In this document: positions 13,936 to 26,360 of the stretch, piece by piece | How positions within the stretch are numbered: position 1 is the first letter of the stretch | Layout of the letters: each line of letters starts with the position of its first letter | DNA from: Basidiobolus meristosporus CBS 931.73 | Lineage: Eukaryota; Fungi; Basidiobolomycota | Length of the DNA stretch: 64,000 nt | Direction: 5' to 3' | NCBI GenBank assembly: GCA_002104905.1 | Contig: MCFE01000051.1 | Location: 62,001 to 126,000 of the forward strand | Translations under genes and position numbers: made by a program | The notes under the pieces: model-generated | Told to the model about the DNA's origin: nothing | Databases searched by the model: none | Seen by the model: the letters and a program-made list of their open reading frames with translations, nothing else

Positions 13936-14303
13936 TGTTATGATCCGCTGCTTGAATGTTTAAGTTAGATCAGTTTTTAGTCAAATCAATTAGTATATGT
14001 TTAGGTTATCAGTATATCAGTATTATCTATGAAATCAGTAGCATTAGTCAGCAAACAAATCAGCAGATCCTTATCAGACAGAAATAGATATATTAAGTAG
14101 GATCTTATTGTGTGATGATGATGTAATCAAATGAATCATCAGTCACAACCTACATTAGGAAATACAATTAGTCAGCAATTGATCTGGCAAAATGTATATA
14201 AGAAGCTGCTGGAACCTCAATAAAAGTCAGTTCAAGTTTTAGTGAATACAATACTAGCTAAACTCCCTATTCCTCTACAACTCTTATACCAAGACTTGTA
14301 ACC
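13936..14303 (+). repeat. Gypsy-B 3' LTR
   Basis: Follows the PPT; ~96% identical to the 5' LTR; terminal A changed to C. Confidence 0.97.
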
Positions 14304-14870
14304 CACTCATTTCACTTTAACTGATGGTTGCTACACCATTTGACTGCTGTTCTCCTTGTACTAGTGAATACAGAAGAGTCAGTTATCAAAATTTATTGTG
14401 TGAGCAGTATGTGGAAGGCTGCTACCTGAATGTGCAAGTTGTGCCCACTCTTTAGACAACATATTTCCCAACCCCTTTGACATGTCAGGTGTTTGCTAGT
14501 ATTGCCAGGAAATAAAAAATCTGAGCACAAAGAAGCTGAGCACTTAGATGATTGTTCACAAGTAATACATGTTGTTTCTGAGAGAGGTGCACAAATGGAC
14601 AGGTGTTAGTTTCAACAGTCTAGACACATAAAATGCTTTACAAGCTATCAGTAATTGGATCTAGCCACATCAAGATTGCATTGTCACATAGGTACTAGCT
14701 AAATTCTTGTGCGCCAAGTTGGCTTGATTTGGGCAGGGTGATTGATTCAGATGTTTTGATGTCCCTCAAGTAGGTATGCTGCTATCAGTATGAACTATCC
14801 CTGTATTGTACCAAATATTCTATCACAAACCACCTGAAGTATTGGACCATGGGCTTTCGATGGAGCCATT

Positions 14871-15600
14871 ATACTTGTTCCATTAGATAGTGCCACATTG
14901 AGCCATGAGTGCCAAATGATGCCATAGTGTGCCTGGGAGGCCAACTGAACCTATACTTGGCCACAGAGTGTGAAACATAGCTCTGCATCTTCATGCAAGG
15001 CAGCCCCTATGTTTCACTCTTTGTGCTGGTGAAAGTTTTTTTTGACCTTTTTTTTGGATCAAAGTTTTGCAGGATGTGTAAGAACACATAACAAATGAAG
15101 ACATGCAACTGGTACTCAATGCCCATGGCACTCTGAATCTAGCTCCTGTAGCTTGTATGTTATCACAAAAATGCATGGCACCATCACAGTCCACTGGTAC
15201 TATCAGTCACTATATTTAGATATTAGCCTTGAAGTAAGACCTATATTAGTACTTATAGTAACAGATAGTACCAGTGGACCAAGATAGTGCCATGCATTTT
15301 GGTAACATGATACAAGCTACAGGAGCTAGATTCAGAGTGCCATGGGTATTGAGTATCAAATGCCTGTCTTCAGTCCTTTTGTACTATCATACATCCTGAA
15401 GAACATTGATTCAAAGAAAAAGGCCAAAAAATGGATTTTCTCCAGCACCATGGGTGAAATACAGGGGCTGCCTTGCATGAAGATGCAAAGCTATATTTCA
15501 CACTCCATGGCCAAATATAGGCTCACTTGACCTCCCTGGGATGCTATGGCATCATTTGGCACTCATGGCTCAATGTGGCACTATTCAATGGAATAAGTCT
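14871..15600. mobile_element. Foldback (hairpin) element, copy 1
   Basis: ~345-bp inverted arms around a short spacer; homologous to 31702-32435 with the spacer in opposite orientation; flanks ATT/ATA. Confidence 0.9.
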
Positions 15601-17007
15601 ATAGTAATAAGTCTTTTAGCTTTTAAAAATAAAGCCATTCTGGATAAAGTGTTGAAGAGAGCTCAGCAAGAGCAATGTTTACAAAATCCACCAATAATAA
15701 CCAGAGAGTAGTTTAACCAGTAGGTGATTTGTGCCCAGTGATGACCACTATATAGCTGTAGCAAAGTATTAGTCAATATTTGGCTTGTGGGAACACCTGA
15801 TGAATCAGGTGTATCACCTGCAGCTATGGCATTGCATTCTTGGGATGATTTTGACAGTGCTACTCTAGTATATGGCCGGAATCTACTCAAGAGATAGAGC
15901 AAATACACTAAGTGATGCATATACAGATAACACTACCAGTGATCCAAGCTTTACACCTGGAGCTCTAAGCAACTCTGGCTTACCTGATGGCAACATTCCC
16001 AGAGACCAAAGATACCCACATCATGGTTGGTATAGGAGCACCAGCCTTCTATTTAGGTCCCTGTGATGCCATAATGCTCTCATGCATTGTCCTCTTGGTA
16101 ATTTCAGGCTGGCTTTATAACAGGCAATGGGTAGTATCAATGTGTTGCCAACACTTCATTGCCATGTTAGGTACCAATCACTCTTCAGAATCCAAGAGAG
16201 TGGGTGAGTGATTTGTCAAAATAGTACTAGCGGTCAATTGCACTAGCTATTGTGCTTAAACTTTAAATGGGGGATAACCACTAAGTTGAGCTCAGTACAT
16301 CAAAAGTCAGCTAAAAGTATAATGACCTATTAGGGGAATTTTGTTCAGAACAAAGTCTTTATAGCCAAATGTTTGACAATGTCCTATACATGGCTTCTAA
16401 ACATTTGGCATCTAGAATTGCTATATTGATGTTTTGTTGTTATTTTTTGCTTCATCACAGAGAACAAATAGCCCACAGCAGAGACACAATCTGGATGTCT
16501 CAGTACTTCAAATAGTGGGCACATTCACTGTTAGAGGTGCATACTTTGCAAATACAATCCTGTTTGATCTTACTTATAAGTAAGGCCTGGCTCAGCACTG
16601 TGATTCCACTATCCGCTATATGTATTGCTCTAGCATGATGGTACATACCAAGAATATGAATGTTCACTACAAGATCACTCTTATTTGTAATACAAGCAAT
16701 ATTGCTGAAATGGAGCTCTCTTGAAAGTGTTGTAGACATATTGAGCAGAACTCTTGGTGCCTATTCTAGGCTTACCATAGGTGTGAAGATGCATCGTTCA
16801 CCATCCAAAGAGTGACTAGTTACTGTCAATTGGTCATTCTTTAGATGACTCAGTTGCTCTTTTGATTCCAAATTGAACTGGTTTGCTTCAAGTAGATAAT
16901 GCATGGTTGCACAAGCTGATTTATAACAGGAGTGTGATTTGTGTTAGCAATAACAACTTGAGAGTTCATTTAGAATTTAGTTACCAAAAGACCAATATTC
17001 AGTACAA

Positions 17008-17204
17008 TCAGCCACACTGGCACTTTACTTCCTCTACTGCATCCAATATATATCCCCTAACTATTTGGTTGATATATTGCATGGTGCCACAGTAGTTGGC
17101 ACAGTGTGCATCCTTGTTGACTACCCTCAATAGTACTTTTTTGCCTTCAGAAGCTGCTAGTGGGAGTACTAGTGCTGCAGCAAGAGTAATTTGAGGAATC
17201 ACAT
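17008..17204 (-). pseudogene. Putative pseudogene of a small secreted defensin-like (CxxxC...CxC) peptide
   Basis: ATG TGA TTC (probably ATG CGA TTC, MRF), then a 1-nt frame slip to ITLAAALVLPLAASEG-KKVLLRVVNKDAHCANYCG...RGY...KCQCG*. Confidence 0.45.
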
Positions 17205-18079
17205 TTCAAGGAGCTTGACAATTGGCTAATAAGAGTGGAGTATATAATAGCTAAAAAAGGGGGTAAAATTATCTATATCTATCCCTATGATGATGATGCA
17301 ATTCTTTATCAATTCATGCAGCTGACTGAATAAGATGGTCTCAAGTGGTTCAAGGCCTTCTTTGCACAAAAGTCCCTTGTAGTATATGGAACAGGAACTC
17401 CAGAATTCTATATCAATGATAGAACCTCCTTGGCCAGTTTATCACCAGTGGCTCATTGACCCCATTTAAAGGAGCCAAAAGCACCACTATTGTTTCTAAG
17501 AAGACCTTTTTCCACTCTGGAGTGCAAACTGGAGCCATCTTCAGGAAAGCAAAGCAACCAGCAGGTGCCAAGCTCTATGTCAGCTGGTCAACCTTGTATG
17601 ATGTCCAGCAGAATTTCACGTTGGACACTTGGTCTCTGGGAACAGATGTTCCACCACCAGCAGGACTGAAGCAAATCTAGAAAAGCAAGAACACTAATCC
17701 TCTTGGATGTTCTTTCACTGTTAGAATCAGCAACCTCAATACACAAGTGATAATAGGTAGTTAACTTTCAATACATCAACAGCGTATGTGAGCCATCAGT
17801 ACCAAATCCTTATAGTACATGTTACTGTACTATATACCTATCAGTATGCTCTCTTGTGCCAAATGCTTTTTGAAAAGATATATCTTACTCAATCAGTAGT
17901 CATTTTTGGGCACCTGGTGTCAAGTCTGTCCTGAAGCTCTCCGGAATAGAAAGGCTTCTAGGATATTCAGTGGCAAATGTGGCAACAAAGATATTGCAGT
18001 GGGATTCAAGTTTGGTCAGTACAAACAATACTAGCTATTTGATCAAAGATTATTCAAAACAAATATTAGACGCAAATAC

Positions 18080-18560
18080 TAACTAATAGTAACTAGTACC
18101 TAGTCAAGGGATTCTAACTAATGATAACTAGCAACTTGACCAAAGGTTTGTTGAATTTCCACTGATACCTTCACTGAGTTCACTGACAATCCACTGTAGT
18201 ACTGTGTCACAAGCTCTGGACAAGAAATGTATGGTACTGATTCAAGGTCCTGACAAACCAAGAGTAGTATTTTGACTCAAGATCCTGTTTGATAATTGCA
18301 AGTACCTTGACCCAAGGTCCTAACTAATGATTACCAGCACTTCACCTAAGGTCCTGACTGATGATTTCTACAAATTTGCGCCAAAGCCCTGACATATATA
18401 GAACAGGTGCTCAACCCCAGGCCCAGATAAACAACAGTAGCACACTAGATCCTGACCAACAGCCATAGCATTTTTTTGGCTCAAGATTCAGAAGTAGAAA
18501 GGTAGCACCTTCACAAAAGGTCCTAATAACCAAAAGTAAAACCTTGACCCAAAGTCTTTA
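18080..18560. repeat. Degenerate ~33-35-bp tandem repeat
   Basis: Recurring (t)tgacccaaggtcct(g/a)ac-like unit, e.g. 18308-18341, 18342-18376, 18377-18411. Confidence 0.55.
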
Positions 18561-19960
18561 CCTTACTGGAAGTTTGAGTCATAATCCTGTCAAAGGCCGT
18601 GACAAAACATGATGCAAGAGAGGTGTTAACCCCATAGGTATCTCATATCTATTCCATTTGAATAATATTTTACCGCAATTTTGGTAAATAACTTTGTCAA
18701 ATCTTGACTTTCTATTACCCCTCAAGCCTTCATTGACTGGTTCTTACACATTTCTCTCACTTTCTGAGCCTGCACTCTCATCATTCCTTCACCCTTAATC
18801 TACATCAATTGACTATCTCACATTTCTGGCTCTACTGCTTCTTGCACTCTCATTCTTCCTTTACCATTACTGTATGCTCATTGGTTTATATCTCCTGACA
18901 CTTCAGCTGTTTCTGACTACATTCCTGTATGGACCAGTACATCAGATCAAATATCATTTTATCCCCTTCTCCTGCCACACACTGCATTAGTAGCTCCATG
19001 AGGACCCACCACCACTACAGTGGGCATTGCACTAAACATTTGCCTGTTTGAAACATGATGCTTTGTTGGCTGGTGGGATCTCTGCTTCATTTACTCCTGG
19101 CAAGCCTGTGGTGAGCTCATACTCTTACACCATAGCTACTTCAGGATCTCCATATGGTTGATCAGTGGGTCCTATTGCTTCACCTTCTAAGAGTAATCTT
19201 AGCCTCCTTATTGTTTTTATTTCTATCTGGGAATTCTGGGCCTTCTTGCCTTGAAGCCTCAGCTGCTACAGCATGTGGCTTTTCTCAGAGAGCTCTCTGT
19301 TTTCCTCTGCAAGGTAGTTCCCTTGCATCTCCTTTGCCTGTCCTTCAACTGCTACCACTATTGTTGTTGCTATTATGCTGTCTGAATATTGCAGTGTTAT
19401 TCCACAGATTTTCTTTGTGAAATATCAGTGAGGGAGCTAACTGAATATCAACAACTTACATGCTACCATTCTACTGGCTACAATATACACAGGTTCCTCT
19501 GGAAGCAGCTCACCAATGCCCACTTGATGCATCTAAAACTACTATGCAAAGAGCTTATAGTAGGACTTAATCAGCTCCTTTACTAGTATAGGCCACAACA
19601 TATGGATCTTTGCAACTATTCTGTTCATTCTCTGTTCAAGCTGGCAAAGTGTGTAAAGACTAAAGGGCCATGCTGCGCATTGGGAGAGTTTACTATGGAG
19701 CAGATATATGTGGAGATAGTAAGAAGAGCTAAGTTGCAAGTGTTCACATACATATGCGCAATCAAGTGTATTGCATCACAGCTCACTATAGATGTGATGA
19801 GTAGGCATATAGTATTTGATGAAGAAAAAATGAGAGAAGACAAGCACAGGTGTGCACATGGAGATATATACACATATGGGGTAACAAAGATAAATATGCT
19901 GAGTGCACAGACAGGAACTTGAAGCGCCCCAAGATATCTTTGATGTACGCATGATTGACT
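18560..19960 (+). mobile_element. Older, internally deleted CACTA-family copy (E)
   Basis: Left-end-like ataatcctgtcaaaggccgtgac..gaggtgttaaccc; transposase C-terminal relic KQLTNAHLMHLKLLCKE..GPCCALGEFTMEQ (19389-19710). Confidence 0.6.
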
Positions 19961-19996
19961 TATTTGAAGGAGAACTTTAGGTTGGCATGCCAGATA

Positions 19997-21960
19997 CTCT
20001 ATGAGATATTATTGTGATGATCCTGTCAAAAGGATGTTACAGATTTAAAGTAAGTAACTAAGAGGTGCTGATCCCATTAGGACACTATGTAGACACTGCT
20101 AAAAATAATTGCACCCCATATTTAACAAAAAACTTAGAATTTCTCATTGAAACAGTATATAAGTGGCTTTTGATTGGTTCCCTGCCAATGTGCTTGCTTT
20201 CTGATCCCAGATAGCTGATCACCTCCCACATTTATATACCTTGATTAGCTATTGCCACTTTTTCACATTTCTTACCTCCTAACTCTACCATTTCTTTTAC
20301 TTTTTGTGCATATAAACTGATTTGTTTCTGTTGATACTTCAGTTATACTGCAATTGCTAATTATATTGACCTATGCAAGTCCCTATACCCTACACTGACA
20401 TTAAGCCTAACCCCACACCCAAGAAGTAACTCCAGTAACATCCACCACTCAAAATGTGTATTTGCTGTAATGCTCTGTTTCCATGACTTTGTGGAAACTC
20501 AATGACTTGATGCCGCTGTTCAGTCACTGGTTCAAATATGCCCTGGTCTTCAGCTGGCATTGCAAGGTCTAACACTTTATCTGCCAGTCTTTACAATAAA
20601 TCCCTGCAATAAGCAATTGCATTTTCTTGAGCACCGCTCTTAAAGAAGTGCTGCAATCTCATGATGTGCCTATTAATGTTCCAAAATGCCACTGAAGGCA
20701 TTGCATAGTCTTTCAAGCTCTTGACATTGTTGTCTTATATGTAAGTGGGATATCAACTCTGTCAACAATGAAGGACATGGAGGCAGAAGTAGACACATTG
20801 CCTTTCTTAGCAAACTCATCTGCCTTGCTGGAGTGTAGCTCAGCTGCCTGCCCTTCCAACTATTGTGAAAATAGCTGTCATGTTGTTGATGATTCTTTCT
20901 GGCAATAATGGGATTCAGCTTGTTCCAGGCTTGAAGTGTTGATTGGCAAGAACTGCGGTTCTTTCGCATGCTTCCCTATCTTAAGTGTGGGTAGATATTT
21001 TTGACTTTACCATTTCCTTTATCACTGCCAGGTCCCTTGATGCTACCTTATCAAGGTGCTTCTAGTATTGACCTTTGTTTTCTCCTTGATAAATGCAGCT
21101 CTGACGCATCTGTTTTGGCCTTCTTGTTCCTTGCTGGCACTCTTCTGGCAATCTGACATTTCTTATTTGCTTGTTTTGAGCTCTCAGATGTAGTTGTGAC
21201 AAGCTCCTGAGAAAGACACTGTTTCTTATTATTGCCATATCCTTTGTTGCTACTTTGACTGAGTGCTTCTTGAGTAGTACTACCCTTTTTCACTAATGAA
21301 TGTTGTGCTGGTACATTCATGTCTGCCTGCTTCTCCCTTATTGGCACTCTTCCAGCTACCTGATTTCTTTTTTATGCTTGTTTTGAGCTGTTGGCCCTAC
21401 TTATAACAGGCTCTTGAAGAAGCTGCTGGTTTTAAGCCATGGCACCCTTGTTCTTCTGCCTTTGATAGTTTCTGCTATTCTTAAGATACTTTCTTAGCAC
21501 ACCAATGCTGGCCTCAAATTATGTTTACCCATTTGAATCCAGGATAATGCTCATGAAAAAGTCAAGCACATTCTGCTTGGCCTCAGGTTCCTGATGGTCC
21601 CATGGAATGCAAGCCTTAGGGTGATGACATGCTAGATTTCTGATGGTCTCTTGAATATTTGCCCACTCTTTCTTACTGCACTCCACAGCATTGCAGATCT
21701 TCAATGTCTTATGATTTTAGAATTTAGTATGAACACTGGCAGTCACACTGGGAAATGGCTTGAATCTTGACTGTCACATTGAGCTGCTTGAGTTCCTTCT
21801 TTGCAGCTAAGATATGGCTTTCTCCACCATTGATATTGATTGCACCACACATATTATCTACTCATCTTGTTTCTGGACTATATCCTGACTTCTCTGGGCC
21901 ATTGCTTCTATCCTATCAGCCACTGCACCTGATTACTTCATTATTGCTAGGTATCTCCAT
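19997..21960 (+). mobile_element. CACTA-family copy C: left end plus accessory ORF relic
   Basis: Starts CTCTATGAGATATT; colinear with 38770-40800. Confidence 0.85.
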
Positions 21961-22059
21961 AGACCCATCCACAACAAATTACCTATCTCCCCTTTGGTAA
22001 ATACACCAGTACCCACATTATTGTGTTGGTCAGTGATTGGTCTTCCTACAGCTTGGCAT

Positions 22060-23323
22060 TTTGCTACATAGTCTCCACTTGACTATTCATTGCCTGTTCT
22101 GAATTCTGAGATGTTGCACATAAGGCACAACAAGCTTCTTCATGTTCAATGGACATCTACAACCAAGATCCAGAGGCACTTTGTATTTTGGTAAATCTCC
22201 TAACTGGGATATTCTGCTCTGAACTGGAAGCTGTAGAATTCCCATCAATGTATGGCTTTATTGGGTACAAATCTTCTTCATTAGCTGTAACTGTATCATC
22301 AGGCTGCCAATCATTATTTTCTGCAGATTTTTGATCTTGATTCTCTTATATTACAAAGTCCCAGCTCTTGTTCAGCTTCTGAGTTTTGCCATCATTACCA
22401 CTTTAATGTTAAGTCCCTTTATGATACCCAAGTAAGACACCTTTCCTACACCTTGCTTCATTGTTCTGCATATCTAGCCAGGGATGTGACAGAGAGCATC
22501 ACTGCTAAAGATGTTGAGGTGCTGGAGGGGTGGTTTCATACCTGTATTTGCTTATAACAATGGTAACCCACAAAGGACTGATTTTGGGCACCTGTTTCTA
22601 ATGAACACTGTGGTGGCAGTAGGCTTAGCTTAAACCTGTATTACATCCTCCATCCATGTAGCATAAATGTTATCATCTCCGATAATTTTCTGTTGGTAGT
22701 TTAATCTACTTTGTTTTGATGTCAAGTATGTGAGACAGCCTTCTGCAGCAGTATACTAGTAATTGGGCAGTACTTGGGAAGCTCCCTAGAGCAGTATTCC
22801 ACTCCATTTGCATTTGGAAGTACCTTCAACTAGAATATAGTTTGTACACCTGCCATTTTCTTGAAGTAGCTGATCATACCAAGCTCCTTGCTCTTTGCTT
22901 TCAGGAACTAGACCCAAGTATATCTCGTCTTGTCATCAATCACCGCCATAATATAACCCTAGGCTTCAACTACAGCATTCTCATCAACCCAAATACATTC
23001 ACATACACAGTAGCCAAAGTGTTAGTAGTAGTAATGCAGACTGAGCTATCAGAGCACTGTCTAGCTTGTTGCCATATAAGCATTCCTGATGGATGCTAAA
23101 TCTGGTGGGAACTATGTAAGTATGCCCAAAACAAGCTGATTGCTCACCAAATGGCTCATTTTCTGTTGTTCAAGGCATAAAAGCCTCCATTGCCATTTTG
23201 CCTAGTTAGTTTTCTTTATTTCAGCAGTGTCAAGATGCTCAAGTACAATGACTTTGTGTGCTTAGTTGCTATATCTGAGCACTTCATAAGGAAGTCTTAA
23301 GTGAAAACATTAGTAGCATATAC
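22060..23323 (-). mobile_element. Highly decayed Ty1/Copia integrase relic
   Basis: Minus strand YIMAVIDDKTRYTWV*FLK, KCRKGVLLGY, and a linker similar to Copia-1 (VRRFTKIQSASGSW). Confidence 0.7.
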
Positions 23324-23690
23324 TGTTGCAATTTAAGAAGTGAATTGGATATAAGGAACTTATCAAGAAATAGTGATCACAGTTTAACTACTTCTATCAA
23401 TAAAGAAGCTCATTACTTATACCTTTGTAGAAGTAATACACGTGTAACACTAAGTAAGGAGAGATTCTCAATACTCAGGAGCATTCTGTAACAGCTTCAG
23501 GGTTTGTACATAATGTTTAGTAATAGTGCTGATTTGATCCTGACTATAAGGGAATAATCATAAGATCATAGATCGGAAGAAAGTGGCAAAGTTAGAGCTG
23601 TAAATTAGTCCCACAGTGACCAAGGCTAGTCTAGAATTGTTATGTAAATTTTAGCTGCTGAATGATACCAAACAGTCCAATATTTCAACA
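23324..23690 (-). repeat. Copia-1 3' LTR
   Basis: 367 bp; adjacent to the PPT at 23691-23700. Confidence 0.93.
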
Positions 23691-25992
23691 CTCCCCATCA
23701 ACTAAATAATTTCTTAATCCTAATTCAACTCTGAAATTCTCAAATTGCGGCCTAGCTAGTGGTTTTGTCAATATGTCTGCCACCATTTTGTTATTTGGGC
23801 AGTACACTAACTTGACTGAGTTATTTTCTACCGCTTCCCTTACAAAGTGATGCTGTATAACAATATGCTTAGTTCTGGCATGGTTAGTAGGACTTCTAGC
23901 TAATAAAATACAACTTTGATTATCCTTGTAAATACATGTTGGCTCATCTGAATTTAAACCCAAGTCTTTGAAGACTGTTTGTATCCTTATAGCCTCTTTA
24001 GTTGCTTGACATGCAGCCATATATTCAGCTCCAGTTGTAGATAGGGCCACAGTAGGTTGTTTCTTGCAATTCCAAGTGATAGATGCACCAGCATAAAGAT
24101 ATATAGATCCTGTGGTAGAGCGCCTGTCAATCAGATCCCTGCCCCAATCTGAATCACTATAACCATTAAATCTTTGCCTATTATCTGCTCCAGAGTATTC
24201 CAGTACCATATTTATAGTACCTTGTAGATATCTGAAAATCCGCTAAACTGCTGCATTTGGTGTGATCCGTAGTTCTGAATGAATTGACTGACTATTCCAA
24301 GTGTCACTGCAATATCTGGACATGAAGACACCATCAAGCACATTAGGCTACTAACCAGTGACTGATAGGTAAAGTTTTGGACCATATTTGCGCTGTTTTC
24401 ATCTATAACTGGCTGAGATTTGCTTAATTTCAGGTTGTTGTCAATAAGGGTAGCTGCAGGTTTGCAATTTTCCATTTGAAGAATCTAAGAATGTTGCTGA
24501 TGTGCTTAGACTTACTCAGTGCAACTTTCTGCATAGGTATGTCAAGTCTGACTTCAATTCCCACAAAATACCTTGATTTTCCATGATCTTTCATTTCCAA
24601 CTTGCTGAAGAGAACTGATTTTGTCTGTTTAAGTGCCACTTGGTCACTTGTATCTATAATTAGGTCATCCACATAAAGAACTAGGAGGATCACACCCTTT
24701 TTTGAGTTGTTTCACATACATACAGTGATCTGCAGTACTACAAGAGAACCAAATTTCCTCTAGATATGTGTCAATCTTGTTATACCAAGCTCAAGGTGCC
24801 AGCTTAAGCCTATATAACAATTTTCTAAGTTTGCACACCTTATGTGGGTCTTGTGGATTGTTAAAGCCTTCTGGTTGCTCCATTTATATAGTTCCTGGCA
24901 AATCCGCATTTAAAAAGGCTGTATTGACGTCCATTTGGTGTAGATATAATCTGTGTACAGCTGCCAGGGCTAGAACTGTCCCAATGGAGTTAAACTTGGC
25001 AACCAGAGCAAATGTTTCCTTAAAGTCTACTCCATGGATCTGGGAATAGCCTTTAGTCACCAATCTAGCCTTGTACTTATCAATGGTACCATTTGAGGTT
25101 ATCTTGATCTTGTAAACCCATGTATATCATATTGGTGTTCTTCCATTTGGTAAATCTACCAGTTCCCAGGTTTTTGCCTTGATCAGTAATTGGCACTCCT
25201 CCTGCATGGCTTGTTGCCATATAGTAGCATCTGGACTTAGTATTGCCTGTTCCAGATTCTGAGGTTTGGCACATAAGGCAAGATAAGCTTCTTCACAATC
25301 ATTGGATGTCTGCCACCAGGATCCAGGGGCATTTCTTATTCTGGTAGATCTCCTAACTGTGATGATCTGCTCTGATCTGGAACTGGTGAGATTATCATCC
25401 ATATCTGGCTGAATTAGGTACGTATTTTTTTCACTAGTGTTGATTGCATCATCAGGTAGCTGGCCAATGAATTCAGTGGCTTTATGATCTGAATTCTCCT
25501 GAAATACAATGTGCCTGACCAGCATTAATACTGTAAAGTTCTTCTGCAAGTGTCTCCATTCTGCTAATGAGTTGTAGCGTGTCATCATTTTGCTTCTTCC
25601 TCAAGTTGAAGAACTTTTGTTTTGAATAAAGCTTGCTTGATACTGACTTTGCTCTAAAGATCTTCTCTATGGATTCCCATGCTGCTTTGGCAGTATCTGA
25701 GACATGGATTTGTCCAATGAAGGAATCTTGCACATTGATACATATGCCATTAAAGGCCTTTCTCTCCTTCCCTTGAAACTTCTCCACTTCTTCTGCTGTT
25801 CCTTTGGGCTCAACTTCCTCTCCTGATGCTATATTCCAAAGCTTCTTTTCTCAAGGTGGATCTGCATTTTGATTCTCCAAAGTCTGTAGTTCTTGCCATC
25901 AACCTCTCCTTTACAGAGAAGATGTTTGTGTTGTTCCGGTTGCTAGTAGAAGTCATCTTTGGAATAGATCAAGGAAATTGGGGCTCATATTC

Positions 25993-26360
25993 TGTTGCAA
26001 TTTAAGAAGTGACTTGGATATAAGGAACTTATCAAGAAATGGTGATAATAGTTGAACTGCTTTTATTAATAAAGAAGCTCAGTATTTATAACTTTGTAGA
26101 AGTAATACAGCTGCAACACTAAGTAAGGAGGGTTTCTCAATACTCAGGAGCATTCTGTAACAGTTTCAGGGTTAGTGCATAATGTTTAGTAATAATGCTA
26201 ATTTGATCTTGGCTATAAGGAAATAATTATAAGACCATATATCTGAAGAAAATGACAAAGTTAGAGCTGTTGATTAGTCACACAGTGTACAAGGCTAGTC
26301 TACAATAGTTAAGTAAGTTTTTAGCTGCTGAATGATACCAGTTAGTCCAATATTTCAACA
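25993..26360 (-). repeat. Copia-1 5' LTR
   Basis: 368 bp; roughly 85-90% identical to the 3' LTR. Confidence 0.93.

Larger units (their letters stand above)
10394..14303 (+). mobile_element. Ty3/Gypsy family B, two-LTR element with internal deletion
   Basis: 368-bp LTRs; PBS TGGTAGCAG (10763; tRNA-iMet type); PPT agtagggaagaa (13924-13935); CACT on both flanks; gag, RT (YLDDILI), RNase H, integrase (H..GHLG..CPNC, SDRG, WTGPF); gag C-terminus and protease deleted at ~11286. Confidence 0.97.
10359..14512 (+). pseudogene. Pseudogene of a secreted protein (paralog 2), split by the Gypsy-B insertion
   Basis: 10359-10393 joined to 14308-14512 after removing the element and one TSD reads MHFTPAAVILALISL*LMVATPFDCCSPCTSEY...ARK. 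Confidence 0.7.
23324..26360 (-). mobile_element. Ty1/Copia element (Copia-1), two LTRs, protease/integrase deleted
   Basis: LTRs 23324-23690 and 25993-26360 (TGTTG...CAACA); PBS-like tatgagccc; PPT tgatggggag; gag UBN2 relic, RT (LYVDDLII), RNase H (GYSDSDWG, KHIVIQHHFVRE). Confidence 0.93.

Noticed and set aside
14991-15530. ORFs inside the foldback arms (also 31637-32564)
   Set aside because: Mirror-image short ORFs from the palindrome with no transposase motifs
16500-16739. RNI-type LRR (IADSGITVLSQALL)
   Set aside because: A single repeat-like phrase is insufficient to call a gene
18080-18560. CRISPR-like periodic repeat
   Set aside because: Units are degenerate and contiguous with no unique spacers; eukaryotic context; no cas genes
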